Source of the DNA: Octopus sinensis
Lineage: Eukaryota
Length of the DNA: 64,000 nt
Direction: 5' to 3'
NCBI RefSeq assembly: GCF_006345805.1
Contig: NC_042999.1
Span: forward strand, 157,976,001-158,040,000
The notes under the pieces are model-generated. The model was not told where the DNA came from, ran no database searches, and was given only the letters and a program-made list of their open reading frames with translations. Positions 1 to 12,870 of this stretch are shown in pieces (within the stretch, counting starts at the first letter, position 1; each line of letters opens with the position of its first letter). A program made the translations under genes and the position numbers.

Positions 1-237
1 ACATACACACATACCTACATACATACATACATAATTCACCCGATGAAACCCCCACACCCAGCTGTTGCTGAAAAATATTTAGCTATGAGATGATATCAAA
101 ATGCTGCCGGTCTTCAGACGGTGCGACGCGGGGGTTTCTACTTTTAATGCTAGGTAGCTTTTGTTGTAACTTGATAAATTAAACAAATTGCTTACCGAAG
201 TATTGCAAAACTTTTGACTTAATGTAATATGTATATT

Positions 238-642
238 AGGAGTGGCTGTGTGGTAAGTAGCTTGCTAACCAACCACATGGTTCCGGGTTCAGTCCCACTG
301 CGTGGCATCTTGGGCAAGTGTCTCCTGCTATAGCCCCGGGCCGACCAATGCCTCGTGTGTGGATTTGGTAGACGGAAACTGAAAGAAGCCCGTCGTATAT
401 ATGTATATATATATGTGTATGTGTGTGTGTTTGTGTGTCTGTGTTTGTTCCCCAAGCATTGCTTGACAACCGATGCTGGTGTGTTTACGTCCCCGTTACT
501 TAGCGGTTCGGCAAAAAGAGACCGATAGAATAAGTACTGGGCTTACAAAGAGAATAAGTCCCGGGGTCGAGTTGCTCGACTAAAGGTGGTGCTCCAGCAT
601 GGCCGCAGTCAAATGACTGAAACAAGTAAATGAGAAATGAGT
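238..642 (+). mobile_element. tRNA-derived SINE, family A (my label), with internal TA/TG microsatellite
   Basis: A-box-like TGGCTGTGTGG, B-box-like GGTTCAGTCCC, body repeated ~12 times in the window, (AGTAAA)-type tail. Confidence 0.9.
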
Positions 643-1023
643 ATATATTATATACATTTACGCTTACATTTCGTATAATATATTAAAACATCGTATCAGG
701 CAACATAACTTCCATAATCTCATGTCAGCTCTATGTTATTTCCTAGTTATGTAACCTTTTGCTGATACGTTTGAATGATAAACGAATATTTCCAATGTTT
801 GGAAATTAATTCTTTGTATGTATAATGGGAATCGGAGCAATAATAATTTGATTAAATATTAGTCTGTTGTAGTTATTTATTTATAGGCCAACCTTGCAGA
901 CCCATAACCAAAGGCCTTCCTCACTCTCTGTTATTTCAAAAGGTGATTCTCAGAGGGAGAAAATGTGTTCGAGAGTGTGTATACAAACGTGGATATACAT
1001 ATATGTGCGCATGCATGTCGCCT

Positions 1024-1232
<209 letters not shown>

Positions 1233-1330
1233 GTTATATATATATATTTACTGCATTATATATGTGTGTATATATATATATATATTACATATATGTATGT
1301 ATTACGTGTACATTTATATGCATATAGTGA

Positions 1331-2290
1331 AACATCTGAGTATAAATGCATAGCAAAATTATGGAACACATTGCCGAAAGGAGGAGGCTGATCCCGTTAT
1401 TGGAAGAAAATATTTTGCTCACAAATACACAACATGGCTTCCGTCCAGGGAAGAGCCGCCTCACACACCTATTACAGGATTATGACTGGGCATTGAAACA
1501 ACAACTCAGCCACTCAACTGTGGACGCAACATATCTCAACTTTGCCAAGGCTTTTGACAAAGGTGGCCATGGGATGATCTTGATATCGCTGGAAAACCAG
1601 GAAAGTGGCTGCATGACTTCGTAAAAAGCAGAAGTCAGATAATTGCAGCGAATAATGCTATCTCAGGGGAGGCATCAATTCTAAGCGGAGCCCTTCAAGG
1701 AAATGTACTGGGACCACTAATGTTCGTGGTGACTCTCTCAGAGATACCCTCGACCATAAAGTCAATCACTCTTACCAGCTATGCTGATGACACAAAAGTA
1801 TTAAAGGCGGTCAAGGATCGTGATGCCATACTAAAACTGCAAAAAGACCCAAATGCAATATAAAAATGGGTTGATGAAAATAACATGCACTTCAATGCTG
1901 AGCAGTTTCAAGCTTTGTACCATTGGTTCACAGACTACATAGGAACAATGAGTAGTGCAATCCCAGAGTCAGAGTTGGTGCGTGATCTAGGAATTCATAT
2001 GAGTAATGCTGCAACATTCAATGTGTATATTACCAAGATGGTAATATACTGTGTAGGCGAGTGATTGGATGGATTCTAAGATCATTCGGAACCAGGAAAA
2101 AGGATATACCATGCTACATCTATGGAAAACTTTCATTTTCGGTCGTCTGGATTACTGTTCCCAACTGTGGTCACCGCAGAGCGTAAAACTGGTGATGGAA
2201 CTTGAGACAATCCAGCGCCACTACACACAGAAGACTGGCTTGGTGTAAGAGATGAGCGATTGAGAAAGGCTGAAGGAACTAAAAGTTTAG
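1331..2290 (+). mobile_element. Decayed CR1/L2-clade LINE reverse transcriptase
   Basis: QHGFRPGKS, YLNFAKAFDK, QGNVLGPLMF, SYADDTKV, RDLGI, LDYCSQLWSP motifs across frameshifts and stops. Confidence 0.9.
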
Positions 2291-2345
2291 CTCCTAACTT
2301 TGGAGCCATACCAAAGATTCCAAAGATTCCGCCTTCTCCATACCA

Positions 2346-3569
2346 AAGAGTGAAAAAACTACAGAAGGCTTAACTGTTAAAAAATATATATATCTGCGTC
2401 AATATGTCTGAAGAATATTAGAAAATTAAAAAAAAAATTGTTTTTCTCTTATAATGACATAATTTAAAAGAAAGACCGGTTTCGCGTGTAGCTTTTCAAA
2501 TTTCTTGCGACGTTATGTTTATGTTGAATAGAGTTTTCGTTATGTTTATGTTCAGGAGAGTTCAAAATAAGGGAAGGTAGTGAGTGATTTCTTCCGGTGT
2601 ATGGGAGATAATTGCTTAAAAATTTTTTCCTTTCCCTTGGTGTAAATTTCTCTGTATCAGTATGTTCGGATGGTTGAGTCTGGGCTTGTACTTTTCAATG
2701 AAGAATGTTTCCTTGTTTAGTCTAATTTGTGTTGATGATCCGAAAGCACATTGGTAAAATGGAAAATTAAAAATTGTGGTAGTATTTGCTTTGCGCATTT
2801 CTCAATGTGTTCACTAAAAGGTATCATTCTATATTCTGGGAATGCAATTTGTTGTCGATGCAGTGTGCATCTACGTCTGAGTGATAGTCCCGTGGAACCC
2901 ACGTAGTCTTGGTGGCAGCCCGAGCATTTTATGACATAAATTATGTTTTCAGAGGCACAAGTAAAGTTAGATTTGATCTTGAATTTCTGTCCCTCTTCAA
3001 AGAGGAATTCTGATCCTTCTAGCAGGTTAGGGCATGTTGCACAGTTCGATCTACCACATTTTTTAACTTTTGCATCCGTAATTACAGAAGACAATTTTGC
3101 CTTTGTGAGAATCTTTTTAAGTGATTTAGGCTGTTTGTAGCTTTTAATGATTTGGTGTATGTTTAGAATTTCCTTTAATTTGGGGTCTTTATGAAGTATT
3201 GGTAAATTGTGGGTGATGATGGTGAAGGCTTCTTTGTTTCTGGGGTTGTATGTAGATATGTAAGGTAGTATTTTCGGGGAAGGTGTGTTGTTGTGTTGAA
3301 CTTTTCTTAAAGTTTCTATGTTGATTTCTGTTGCACGTCTGATCCCATCCTCTATGAGTTGAGCTGGGTAATGTCTGTCAATTAGGGTGTTTTTGAGTTC
3401 TTGCAGTCTAAAGTTCCTGGTATTTTGTTCTGACACTATTGTGCATATACTTCTTGCAAGGTTGAAGGGGATGTTTGTTTTAGTGTGTCTTGGGTGGCAT
3501 GAATTAAAAAGAAGGTATTGTTTGGCGTCTGTAGCTTTGTAAAAATTGTCTGTTTCTATTTTAAGGTTA
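2346..3569 (-). mobile_element. 5'-truncated Penelope-like element PLE1 (RT C-terminus, GIY-YIG endonuclease, 3' pLTR)
   Basis: FYKATDAKQYLLFNSCHPRHTKTNIP, CxxxxCxTC, IIYVIKCSGCHQDYVGST, RLNKETFFI; abuts (TA)n. Confidence 0.9.
2468..2506 (-). ncRNA. Hammerhead-like motif, U3-A8 core variant, in PLE1 pLTR
   Basis: Minus strand: AAGAAA U UUGAAAA GC-UACAC-GC GAAAC CG GUC UUUCUU. Confidence 0.6.
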
Positions 3570-4067
3570 ATATATATATATATATATTTCGTTATAAGAT
3601 CATAAATCAGAAAAAGAGCATACACTACTTTACACATACAAATATATATATACATACATATATATATATATCCACACAAACACAAACGTACATTCGCTAA
3701 CATACACACATGCAAATAGATGTGTGTGTGTGTGTGTTTACTTAAATACTGATGATAAAGAACAATGCAGATAATGTAATCAACTGCTATGCAGACGACG
3801 CCTGTTGAGCAGGAACAAGCGTCGACAAGATGTCTTTTGTTCCATAGTGATTCGTCTGCTTCTTTGATAATGGCACAGGAATTGTGAAGAATTCTTTATC
3901 TTTCAGATATCACTTTTGTCATTTGGAATTGATTCCGATTGTTTTACCACCCCCGTCAACGGAAATAACATTTAATAAATAAAGAATTACCTTTTATAGT
4001 AATTGATATACCCTCGTTCGAGTGGGTGTATATATATATAGATGTGTGTGTGTGCGTGTGTGCGCGT

Positions 4068-4121
<54 letters not shown>

Positions 4122-4204
4122 GGACGTTATGTTTGTGTGAGTGTGTAGGCATGTGCGTGTATATGTGTATGTGTAACTAAAAGTAATGTAAATTATTCCT
4201 CTCT

Positions 4205-5531
4205 TTTGTCAAAACTTTCCATCCTACCCTCCACTTCTGCACTATTTTCGACCCTCAGTCGCCTTTCTCGACACTTCGGTCAGCATTCATTACTCCACTC
4301 TCACCACCTCCATCCACTACAAACACACAGACTCACACTCAAACCTCAACTCCTCCTCCCACCCTAAACACACCAAGCTCTCCATCCCCTATTCCCAGTT
4401 CCTCCGTCTACGCAGACTCTGCAGTGACAACTATGACTGAGTCTCAGTCTCAACACATAGCTCGCCACTTCCAGAGCATTTCCATGGACCGTGCCAGAGC
4501 ACTTCCATGGACCGTGCATCTGCTCTCTTCCCCCGCACCCGCCCGCCGTCACCCTTCTCCCGTTCCCTTCACTTACCACCCCACCATCCTACCTCTCTAA
4601 CGCACTGTTCTCCGAGCCTTCCAGCGCCTCCAGTCCGACCCCTCCACATCGCACATCTTCCATAACCGACCTCTCCTCTCCTTCAAACGAGCTCACTACC
4701 TACGAAACCTCTTGGTCCACTGCTTCTTCCCTAACCCAGCTTCCCAACCCGGCTCGTTCCCCTGCTCCCGCCCACGCTGCCGCACTTGCCCTTACCTCTC
4801 CAACACCACCGTCGTCACAGGCACCCATCATCGACCCTATCATATCACCGACTCCTTCACCTGCACTTCTATCAATGTCATCTACTGCATCTCCTGCTCT
4901 CTCTGTCCTTCTCTATACATCGGTCAAACGGGACGCCGCTTGGCTGACCGGTTCGCGGAACACCTCCGAGACATCCGACTCAGCAACCACACCCCGTTCT
5001 CACGCCATTTCCGCTCCAACGGTCACTAATTACAACATCTGCTTGTGTTTAGATTGTCCTTGCACTGGGGCCATCCGGACTCCCGTCTTCGCTGTGAGCG
5101 GGGATTAATCTCTCTTCACTCCTTTGCGTAACACGGGCTCAACTCTCCTCCTCTCTCCTCTCTTTCTCTTATACCTTTACATACACTCACACACACACAC
5201 ACACGTCAATGTCACCAGCCCCTTTCCACACACACATACACGCTCTCACATATACACGCACGCGCACCTTCGTTTTGGGATCACCACTTTATTATCTCCC
5301 CTTCTTCCTAGCTCTCCTGTGTGACCCCTCTGTCTGGTATTCGCTATGATAGATCACTAGCCTCTAAATCTGTTCTATTTTCTCTCCCTGTTTATTTCTG
5401 TGTTCCTTTCTGTCGAAGAGCGTAGGCTCGAAACGTAACAGACTTTCTCACACCCGACCGTTAAACTAATAAATTTGTTTGTTGTTTATACACCCGTTTT
5501 CGTCTTTTGTTTTTTTTGGTAAATTCTCACT
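4205..5531 (+). mobile_element. Penelope-like element PLE2 (C-rich strand; RT C-terminus, GIY-YIG, 3' pLTR)
   Basis: YKHTDSH..SSSHPKHTKLSIPYSQFLRLRRLCSD; FTCTSINVIYCISCSLCPSLYIGQTGRRLADRFAEHLRDI; ends at (TA)n. Confidence 0.9.
5406..5441 (+). ncRNA. Hammerhead-like motif, A6U core variant, in PLE2 pLTR
   Basis: CUUU CUGUCGA A GAGC-GUAG-GCUC GAAAC GUA ACAG. Confidence 0.65.
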
Positions 5532-6204
5532 ATATATATATGTGTGTGTGTGTGTGTGGTGTGTGTGTGTGTGTGTGAGTGTATGTGTATGTGTGTGAGT
5601 GTATGTGTGTGTGTATATACATAAATAGATAGTTATAGATATAGATGATTACAACCATGCATACACTTATATATACATATATTAGTTTATTGTTCCGTTA
5701 TTGGTAGGATCAAATAAAAAGCATTCCATCCAGTGAGAGATAAATATCATTTAATATGCACAATTTGCAAAAGTTATACATGTACGAAAATAATTTACAT
5801 CACATTCCGTTGCGCATATACACATATCCATAATACACATATACAGACACATACATTCATACTCTCACATTCAAACACACTCGCCCCACACACTCACACG
5901 TATACACATGTTAGCTAGAATATTATCTGTAACAGAAATAAATACTTTATCATGGTGGGTATATGAAAACATGACTGTACAATTTGAAAGTTACTCTTGG
6001 CTGATCTTAACTGACAGTCATGATCAGCCAAGAGCGAAATTCACAATAGATTGCCATATTTTGAAGTAAATACATAAATAAATATCTAAATATATGTATA
6101 TATATATACACATTGTTCTATGTATAAAATATACATATATTCATACACACACATGCAAACTTATACATATATATTCTCATAGGTATATAGAAATGCATAG
6201 ATGT

Positions 6205-6252
<48 letters not shown>

Positions 6253-6303
6253 CTATATATTTGTATGTATATATATATATATATTTGTATGTATATATAT
6301 ATA

Positions 6304-6370
<67 letters not shown>

Positions 6371-6393
6371 TTATATATATCTGTATATCTGTA

Positions 6394-6462
<69 letters not shown>

Positions 6463-6480
6463 TATATATATGTACATGTA
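6205..6480. repeat. Long imperfect (AT)n microsatellite
   Basis: Direct reading. Confidence 0.95.
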
Positions 6481-6489
6481 TTCATGTAT

Positions 6490-7625
6490 ATACGTATTCA
6501 GAATCTGTTTCTCCTTTTGTTTGACCAAAGCAAAATCAATTTGATTCAATGTTTGGATCGTCGATGCATCCAGATTGTTTTCTATATCAGATGTGTGAAT
6601 ATGATATTTGTGATAGTAAGTTCCTGCTGTTTTGCGCCGTTTGAGTGATCTTTTCCGTTACCATGCGAGCCGACAATGTCATGCCAAATATTACAATCTG
6701 CTCCTACCCTAGCATTGAAGTCTCCCAGCGAAATCTATTTCTCACTTTTATATACTGTGAGGACCTTAATCAGTCTGGTGTAGAATTGTCTTCGTTCTTC
6801 CCTCTGAATAGTTGATTGTTGGGGCATAAGCACTTACCAGAGTAAGAAATTTCTTTTCGTGTAGCGGTATGCGGAAGCACAGGTGGCTCTCATAAGCAAG
6901 GAGAGGATTTTGAGTAAGGTTGTTGAACAGTTTAGTCTTGACAGCATATGTTACTCCGTGATCCCTTCTCTCATCTCGAAAGAGTCCAGAAGCTGGCTAC
7001 CCGCATGGTTCTTGGTCTCAAGAATTTGTCTTATGAAGAAAGGCTGAAGACGCTCGAACTTTTTTCTCTAGAAAAACGACGACGCCGTGCTGATCTCATT
7101 CTTGCTCACAACATCATAAGCGGAAAGTGTAACCTCTCGAAAGAGCTGTTCTTTACTCCTGCTCCAGAGCGTCGGCTGCGGGGTCATTCCGAAAAGCTCT
7201 ATCTGCGACGATTTCATCTCAATTGAAGGAGGGGGGCTTTCTCCGTCCGGGTTGCGGATCCGTGAAATAAGCTGCCGGACAAGATGTTGAAGATGCCGAC
7301 GACCGCTCAGTTCAAAGTCTCCCTTGACCACAAGTGGCCTGAACTCTTTACATGAACACCACCCTTTACATAACTCCATGTCCCCCTACATGACCTTGCT
7401 TTTTGCTTTTTGAGCCAAAAAATTAACTAACTTAACTAACTAACTAACTACTGTTACCCCGCTACAAATGTTACCAGCCAATCCTGCTACGAAATTTCCT
7501 GTTTCGCCGAGACTGGTTTCACTCAGCGCTGCAATATCAATATTTTATCTTTGAAGCTCATGGGCTACAAGCGCTGTCCTCCTTCCAACTCTCTTCTGAA
7601 TTTGAAAGCAATTCATTTGGTAGAT
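6490..7625 (-). mobile_element. Decayed RTE-clade LINE apurinic endonuclease region, split by a CR1/L2 insertion
   Basis: RRTALVAHELQR*NIDIAALSET (7460-7600); [35 protein letters not shown] (6490-6958). Confidence 0.85.
6959..7451 (+). mobile_element. 5'-truncated CR1/L2-type LINE 3' end with (CTAA)n tail
   Basis: HLERVQKLATRMV, SYEERLKTLELFSLEKRRRRADLI, RLRGHSEKL; possible TSD TGTTACYCCG at 6949-6958 and 7452-7461. Confidence 0.9.
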
Positions 7626-8225
7626 GAAACTTGCTGAAGATGTTGTTTTGCGGAAAGGAACGAATCAATCACCGGCTGAGTGTAGTTTGAACTCACAGGG
7701 TACTCAACATCACTTGGCACAGCCTTCACCCGAACTGCCAACAAAATGAAGTAGGCTCTACATTATTGCCCAACCGATTAGAAATAGTAATGGAACCTCC
7801 TTCAAATAAATCGGACCTCTTAAACGAAAGAATGTTACACTGGATAACGCAGGCGCAGAAAAATATGACGGGATTGTAACAGCTGGTCTCTTTTGATCGC
7901 CTTCTGTTTTATCAGAATTGATCTTATTCTTATGAAAAATGTTATTAACTCTGTTTGGAGGATCTCAGAAAATAGTTAATATTGTTATGAAATATCTTAA
8001 ATATTTTAGTGCTGTTACAATGTTTTGATAATACTATTGAATTAACTATAGCAATAACATTTATCTTCAAAAAATATTCTCAAAATTTCCTATTAAATTC
8101 CATGAGCCTTGTTTGTATAATCTCCTTGGTATCTGATTCTTTAATTTTCCATCCTAGCACTCATACGCTAACGTTTATTTTATGGAATATTTGCAAGGAT
8201 ATATATATATATATATATATGTATG

Positions 8226-8279
<54 letters not shown>

Positions 8280-8362
8280 TAATATTTACATATATATATA
8301 TAGCTATATATAAAATATAATAGTTATATATGTATATGTATGTATATATATATAATATGCAC

Positions 8363-8402
<40 letters not shown>

Positions 8403-9207
8403 ATTCCTGCTTGATGTATTGAGGCTCTGAAACCAAGCAATAACTATGCTTAATCCTATTGATTTTATAAGAATCTTATCGTAGAGTTATTTTACTGTTT
8501 TTGAACTACCACGTAAGACAAAATGTGCTTCTACCGTTACTGTAGTTTCTAATTTTTCATATACCTCTCATTTCATGCAGCTTTAATTTCCGAGGAACAT
8601 GTGATAACTGGATAATTTATCTCTTGGATCTGTGAGTGTTAGCGGCATTGGTGGTGGGTGACGTTGCTTTCATTGTTACTAATTTTACGTCATTTCTGTG
8701 TCTTTCATGTTTGAGGAGAATTGTAGCAATTAGACCGATTTCTCATGACAAAACCAAAATGGCATCAACTGAGCGAATAACTTCTAATCATATGAACAGC
8801 TGTTCGTATCTTTGTCTGAAGTAGAGAGGAAAAAGTAAAATACTTTGAATCCTTTTGCATAAGAGTGCAAGATTCAATGCAAACCACCTACATAAAAGAA
8901 TTATAAAATGTATTCTTATCTTTTGTATATATTTTTTTAAAACTTGATACTTTGTTCAAGATTGAATTTCCTTTTCACAGTGGTATAGCTATATTTCTGT
9001 AAGTAATTAATATTTAGCGCAATGCTGTTGTAAGAAACCATAACTATATGAATTACTAAAGCGAAATAGTTGTTTTTGTTTTTTAGCATTTATATCTCAC
9101 GAAGTGCACCCACGCTCTCTTGCGCTGATCAATTTCAGTTATATTGTTTGCGACATATTTTCGACTCCCGGTAAAACCAAATTATTTGTTCTTTTACCGC
9201 TTTCTGC

Positions 9208-9733
9208 GGATCTTTTCCTTTTGAACGGCACATGTCAACACAATTTCTAGTTAACTAAACACTTTAAAACTTCGTATACTGGTAGAATGTGTCAAAATAA
9301 AACATTTTTTTCTCTTGGCTTTCTTGATAAAATTGTAATTCGTTTCTTTAACATAGTTTAATTTTTCGAATTTAAACCAAAACTGAGACAACGTCCTGTC
9401 ACTGACCCTAACCCTAATTTTTTTCTTAATTGTCAAATTAATTTAACAATTAAGAAAAAAAAATTTAGGGTTAAGGTTAGGGTGAGGTTTAGGGTTAGTG
9501 ATAGGATGTTTTCTCTGATTTAGACGCAGCAAATGATTTTAGCTCAATTAGAGGCGATTCATTGGTTAAAATTCGAAAAATTAAACTACGTTAAACAAAC
9601 GAATTACAATTTTATCAAGAAAGCCAGGAGAAAAAATGTTTTATTTTGACACATTCTACCAGTATACGAAGTTTTAAAGTGTTTAGTTAACTAGAAATTG
9701 TGTTGACATGTGCCGTTCAAAAGGAAAAGATCC
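9208..9733. mobile_element. Fold-back MITE with GGATC termini, 8-bp TSD, internal CCCTAA/TTAGGG repeats
   Basis: Long inverted arms; TSD CTTTCTGC at 9200-9207 and 9734-9741. Confidence 0.9.
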
Positions 9734-10327
9734 CTTTCTGCTCTTGAGAAAGTGAAAGCATGTGTAAAACTCAAGGTTATAAGATCTTGGGTTCACTTCC
9801 TGAAGCAGGCGGTACATTGCATACTCAAGTAAGCTACATAATTTCACGTCGTTCCCGGTTACTCAGTTGTTACACCTTAGAAGTTTCTGCTGGGATAAAA
9901 GCGAGAGGCCGAGAAAATGTATTTGGCTACTCACGATCACATAAGCACCCATAGCAATTAGCCGAAGCATGGGACATGCAACCAAGTCACACCCACGGCT
10001 GCAGTGTAGCGTTTTAGTCGAGAAGGTTGAGAGCTTCCTTTTGTAGTATCATCCTATTCTCTCTTGGTATTTTAAAACCAAATGGAACACCGCCGACTTA
10101 GTGTACAGTAAGCCAACAATAGTTTATCACACCTACTCCACTAAATCTTAAGACCAACGAGCGATATATATATAAAATGTAAGGCTCGGGTAATATGCTA
10201 CCACAATGATGTTTCAATCATCTATAATTACTTAGTTAAAGCCCTAGGGAAAAACTTGTCACATGTTTTGTTTCTTTTATTTAAAATTGTCTTTTGTACT
10301 TAAAAGAAAATCAATATTTCTCTTCAA

Positions 10328-10725
10328 GAAGGTAGCGAGCTGGCAGAAACGTTAGCACGCAGGGCGAAATGCGTAGCCGTATTTCGTCTGCCGTTACGTT
10401 CTGAGTTCAAATTCCGCCAAGGTCGACATTGCCTTTCATCCTTTCGGGGTCGGTAAATTAAGTACCAGTTACGCACTGGGGTCGATATAATCGACTTAAT
10501 CCCTTTGTCTGTCCTTGTATGTCCTCTCTGTGTTTAGCCCCTTCTGGGTAGAAAAGAAATAGGTATTTCGTCTGTCTTTACATTCTAAGTTCAAATTCTG
10601 CCAAGGTCGACTTCGCCTTTCATAATTTCGGAGTCGATAAATTAAGTACCACTTGCGTACTGGGGTCAATCTAATCGACTATCCCCCTCCCCCAAAATTT
10701 CGGGCCTTGTGCTTAGAATAGAAAA
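10328..10725 (+). mobile_element. SINE family C dimer
   Basis: GGCGAGCTGGCAG head plus two bodies; 16-bp TSD CAATATTTCTCTTCAA at 10312-10327 and 10726-10741. Confidence 0.9.
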
Positions 10726-11952
10726 CAATATTTCTCTTCAAAACTCCTGTGATTGACGTAGAACAAGAGACAAGTCGAGTCTGCGACGTGGTTTCAATTT
10801 CATCTCGAATCTTTTTCACTTTCTTTACACCGCTCTCGCAGTTAGAATCATAAGTGATATTTAGATGATACTTTAAAAATAAACTTCAGAGATATGGGGA
10901 CAATTTAAAGAACAAAATTCATAGCCACTAATTATAATTAAACGCATTTACTCAACAGATATAGCATTATTATAGATAAACTATTCAAGTGAATTGAAAA
11001 AAAATATACGAAGGAAAGAAACGAAAAAAAAAAACCCCACTGAATGAAAACAATTTTCAATAGCGATAGATTTTCTACTGTCGATTTGTAGTTTGCCGCA
11101 ATAACTTCATAGAGAATGGGAACAAATATCATTCTAATTCAAATGTAAATTATTGAAACGTTTACTTGTTTTATTGAAAATAATCTTTAATGTGATGAAA
11201 AATATTTATGATGGTTTACTACAAATCTGATTTCTAAGTTATCTTTCCACTATTCTTTGTACAGGTGTTGTTTGCGTCAGCTGCTTGAAAATTCACGGTG
11301 AATTCCATTGTTAAAATTGTCTTTTTACTAGTAGCATTTGTTTTTCATCCCGGCTTCTTTTTGATCAATCTATAAAGTCTTCTGACTTGTCACGTTCAGC
11401 GATTCTAGCAGTTTCAAGGAGATACTTACTTTTATATAGGTTGCTACACTTGTTTGTCAAATGGCATCTGGAAGTGGAAGGTGTGTGTGCACGTAATAGA
11501 AGTATGTGAAATCCTCTTCTGAATCTTTTTATGAGAGAGAAACAGCTTAAGGATCTATAAATTCTTTTGTATGTACTATTGTTATAGAAATTCTTGACAG
11601 AATCTCTCGCAGGTGATAATAAAGATATTTAATGTTTATAACCGCTCGAGTTAATGTGAAAACAAAATAAATGTCACATTTTGCGGAAGACTCAGAACCA
11701 CTTTAAAAAAGTAAATGTTCAGAAAGTTTTGGAATAATTACTTCTAATTTTTCCGACCAGATTCCATCCTGCGCGGGTATTAATGTATATTGTGTTTATA
11801 TTGATAATATCCAATATACTTAACTCTAAAACAATATTGTTCACGTAACTGTAAATAGATACTGCAGAGTAGAAACAGATCATGACGGTAAATGGTGACT
11901 GCAGTGTAAAAATGATGAGTTTTCGTTAGCTTACAGTGATGAATTTCATTTC

Positions 11953-12372
11953 GGATCTTTTCGGTTTGAACGGCAGTTTTTTAAAATAATTTCCACGTAA
12001 CTAAACACTTTTAAACTTCGTATACTGGTAGAATGTGTTTATAAAACATCTTTTTCTCTTGGCTTTATTGAGAAAACTCTATAGTTTGTAAGATATTAGT
12101 TGTTTTTTTTTCTTCAATTTCTGCAATTTTAACCAATCAATAACCGTCTATTGAGTTAAAAAGCATTCTGTGCCGTATGAATATGTCCCTCGTTTAAGAA
12201 ACAGATTGAGTTTATTTACATTTGTGAAGAAAAAAAAGAGACCTTCCCCCCACCCCTAACCCTAACCCTAAAACAGATTGAAATGCAATAGATCGATTCT
12301 AGGGTCATAATTATGGGCGACAATTTCATATGACACCGCTAGAAAAAACTGCCGTTCAAACCGAAAAGATCC
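11953..12372. mobile_element. GGATC-terminal MITE, short-TIR subfamily with CCCTAA repeats
   Basis: TIR GGATCTTTTCGGTTTGAACGGCAGTTTT; inverted copy at 20755-21175. Confidence 0.85.
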
Positions 12373-12394
12373 AAAATTTCAAAAGATTTGTAAG

Positions 12395-12870
12395 GAAGCA
12401 GTATCCTGCTGCCTGACACTCAACAGTATTTTGTTATTATTATTTAAAAGAAAACGGCGTGCTGGCAGAATCGTTAGCACACCGGGCAAAATGTATAGCG
12501 ATATTTCACCCGTCGCTACGTTCAAATTCCTCTGAGGTCGACTTTGCCTTTCAGCCTTTCGGAGTCGATAAATTAAATACCAGTTAAGTATTGGAGTCAA
12601 TGTTATCGACTATCCCTCTCCCCTAAATTTCAGGCCTTGTGCCGATAGTAGAAAGAATTATTTACAAGAAGGCGCCAAACTAGTTGAACCTTTAACATGC
12701 CGGACAAAATGCTTACGGCATTTCGTCCGTCTTTACCTTCTATGCTCAAATTCTGCCGAGGTCGACTTTGCTTTCGTACTTTGGGAATCGATAAAATAAG
12801 TAACAATCAAGTACTGGAATCAATGTATTTGACTTCTCCCTCCGCTCAAAGAATGTTGAGTCTATACCAA
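12395..12870 (+). mobile_element. Two diverged SINE family C copies
   Basis: GGCAGAATCGTTAGCAC...GAGGTCGACTTTGCCTTTC body twice. Confidence 0.75.

Noticed and set aside
44-139. GAAACCCCC...GGGGGTTTC inverted repeat with CUGAAGA on the minus strand
   Set aside because: Could not form stem II or a GAAA in hammerhead order; only a 9-bp IR.
8581-8631. Possible small 5' UTR exon (also 11265-11297)
   Set aside because: Plausible AG/GT sites only; no coding or transcript evidence.
10020-10140. LPF..VYSKPT resembling a Penelope RT remnant
   Set aside because: Too short and degraded to support.
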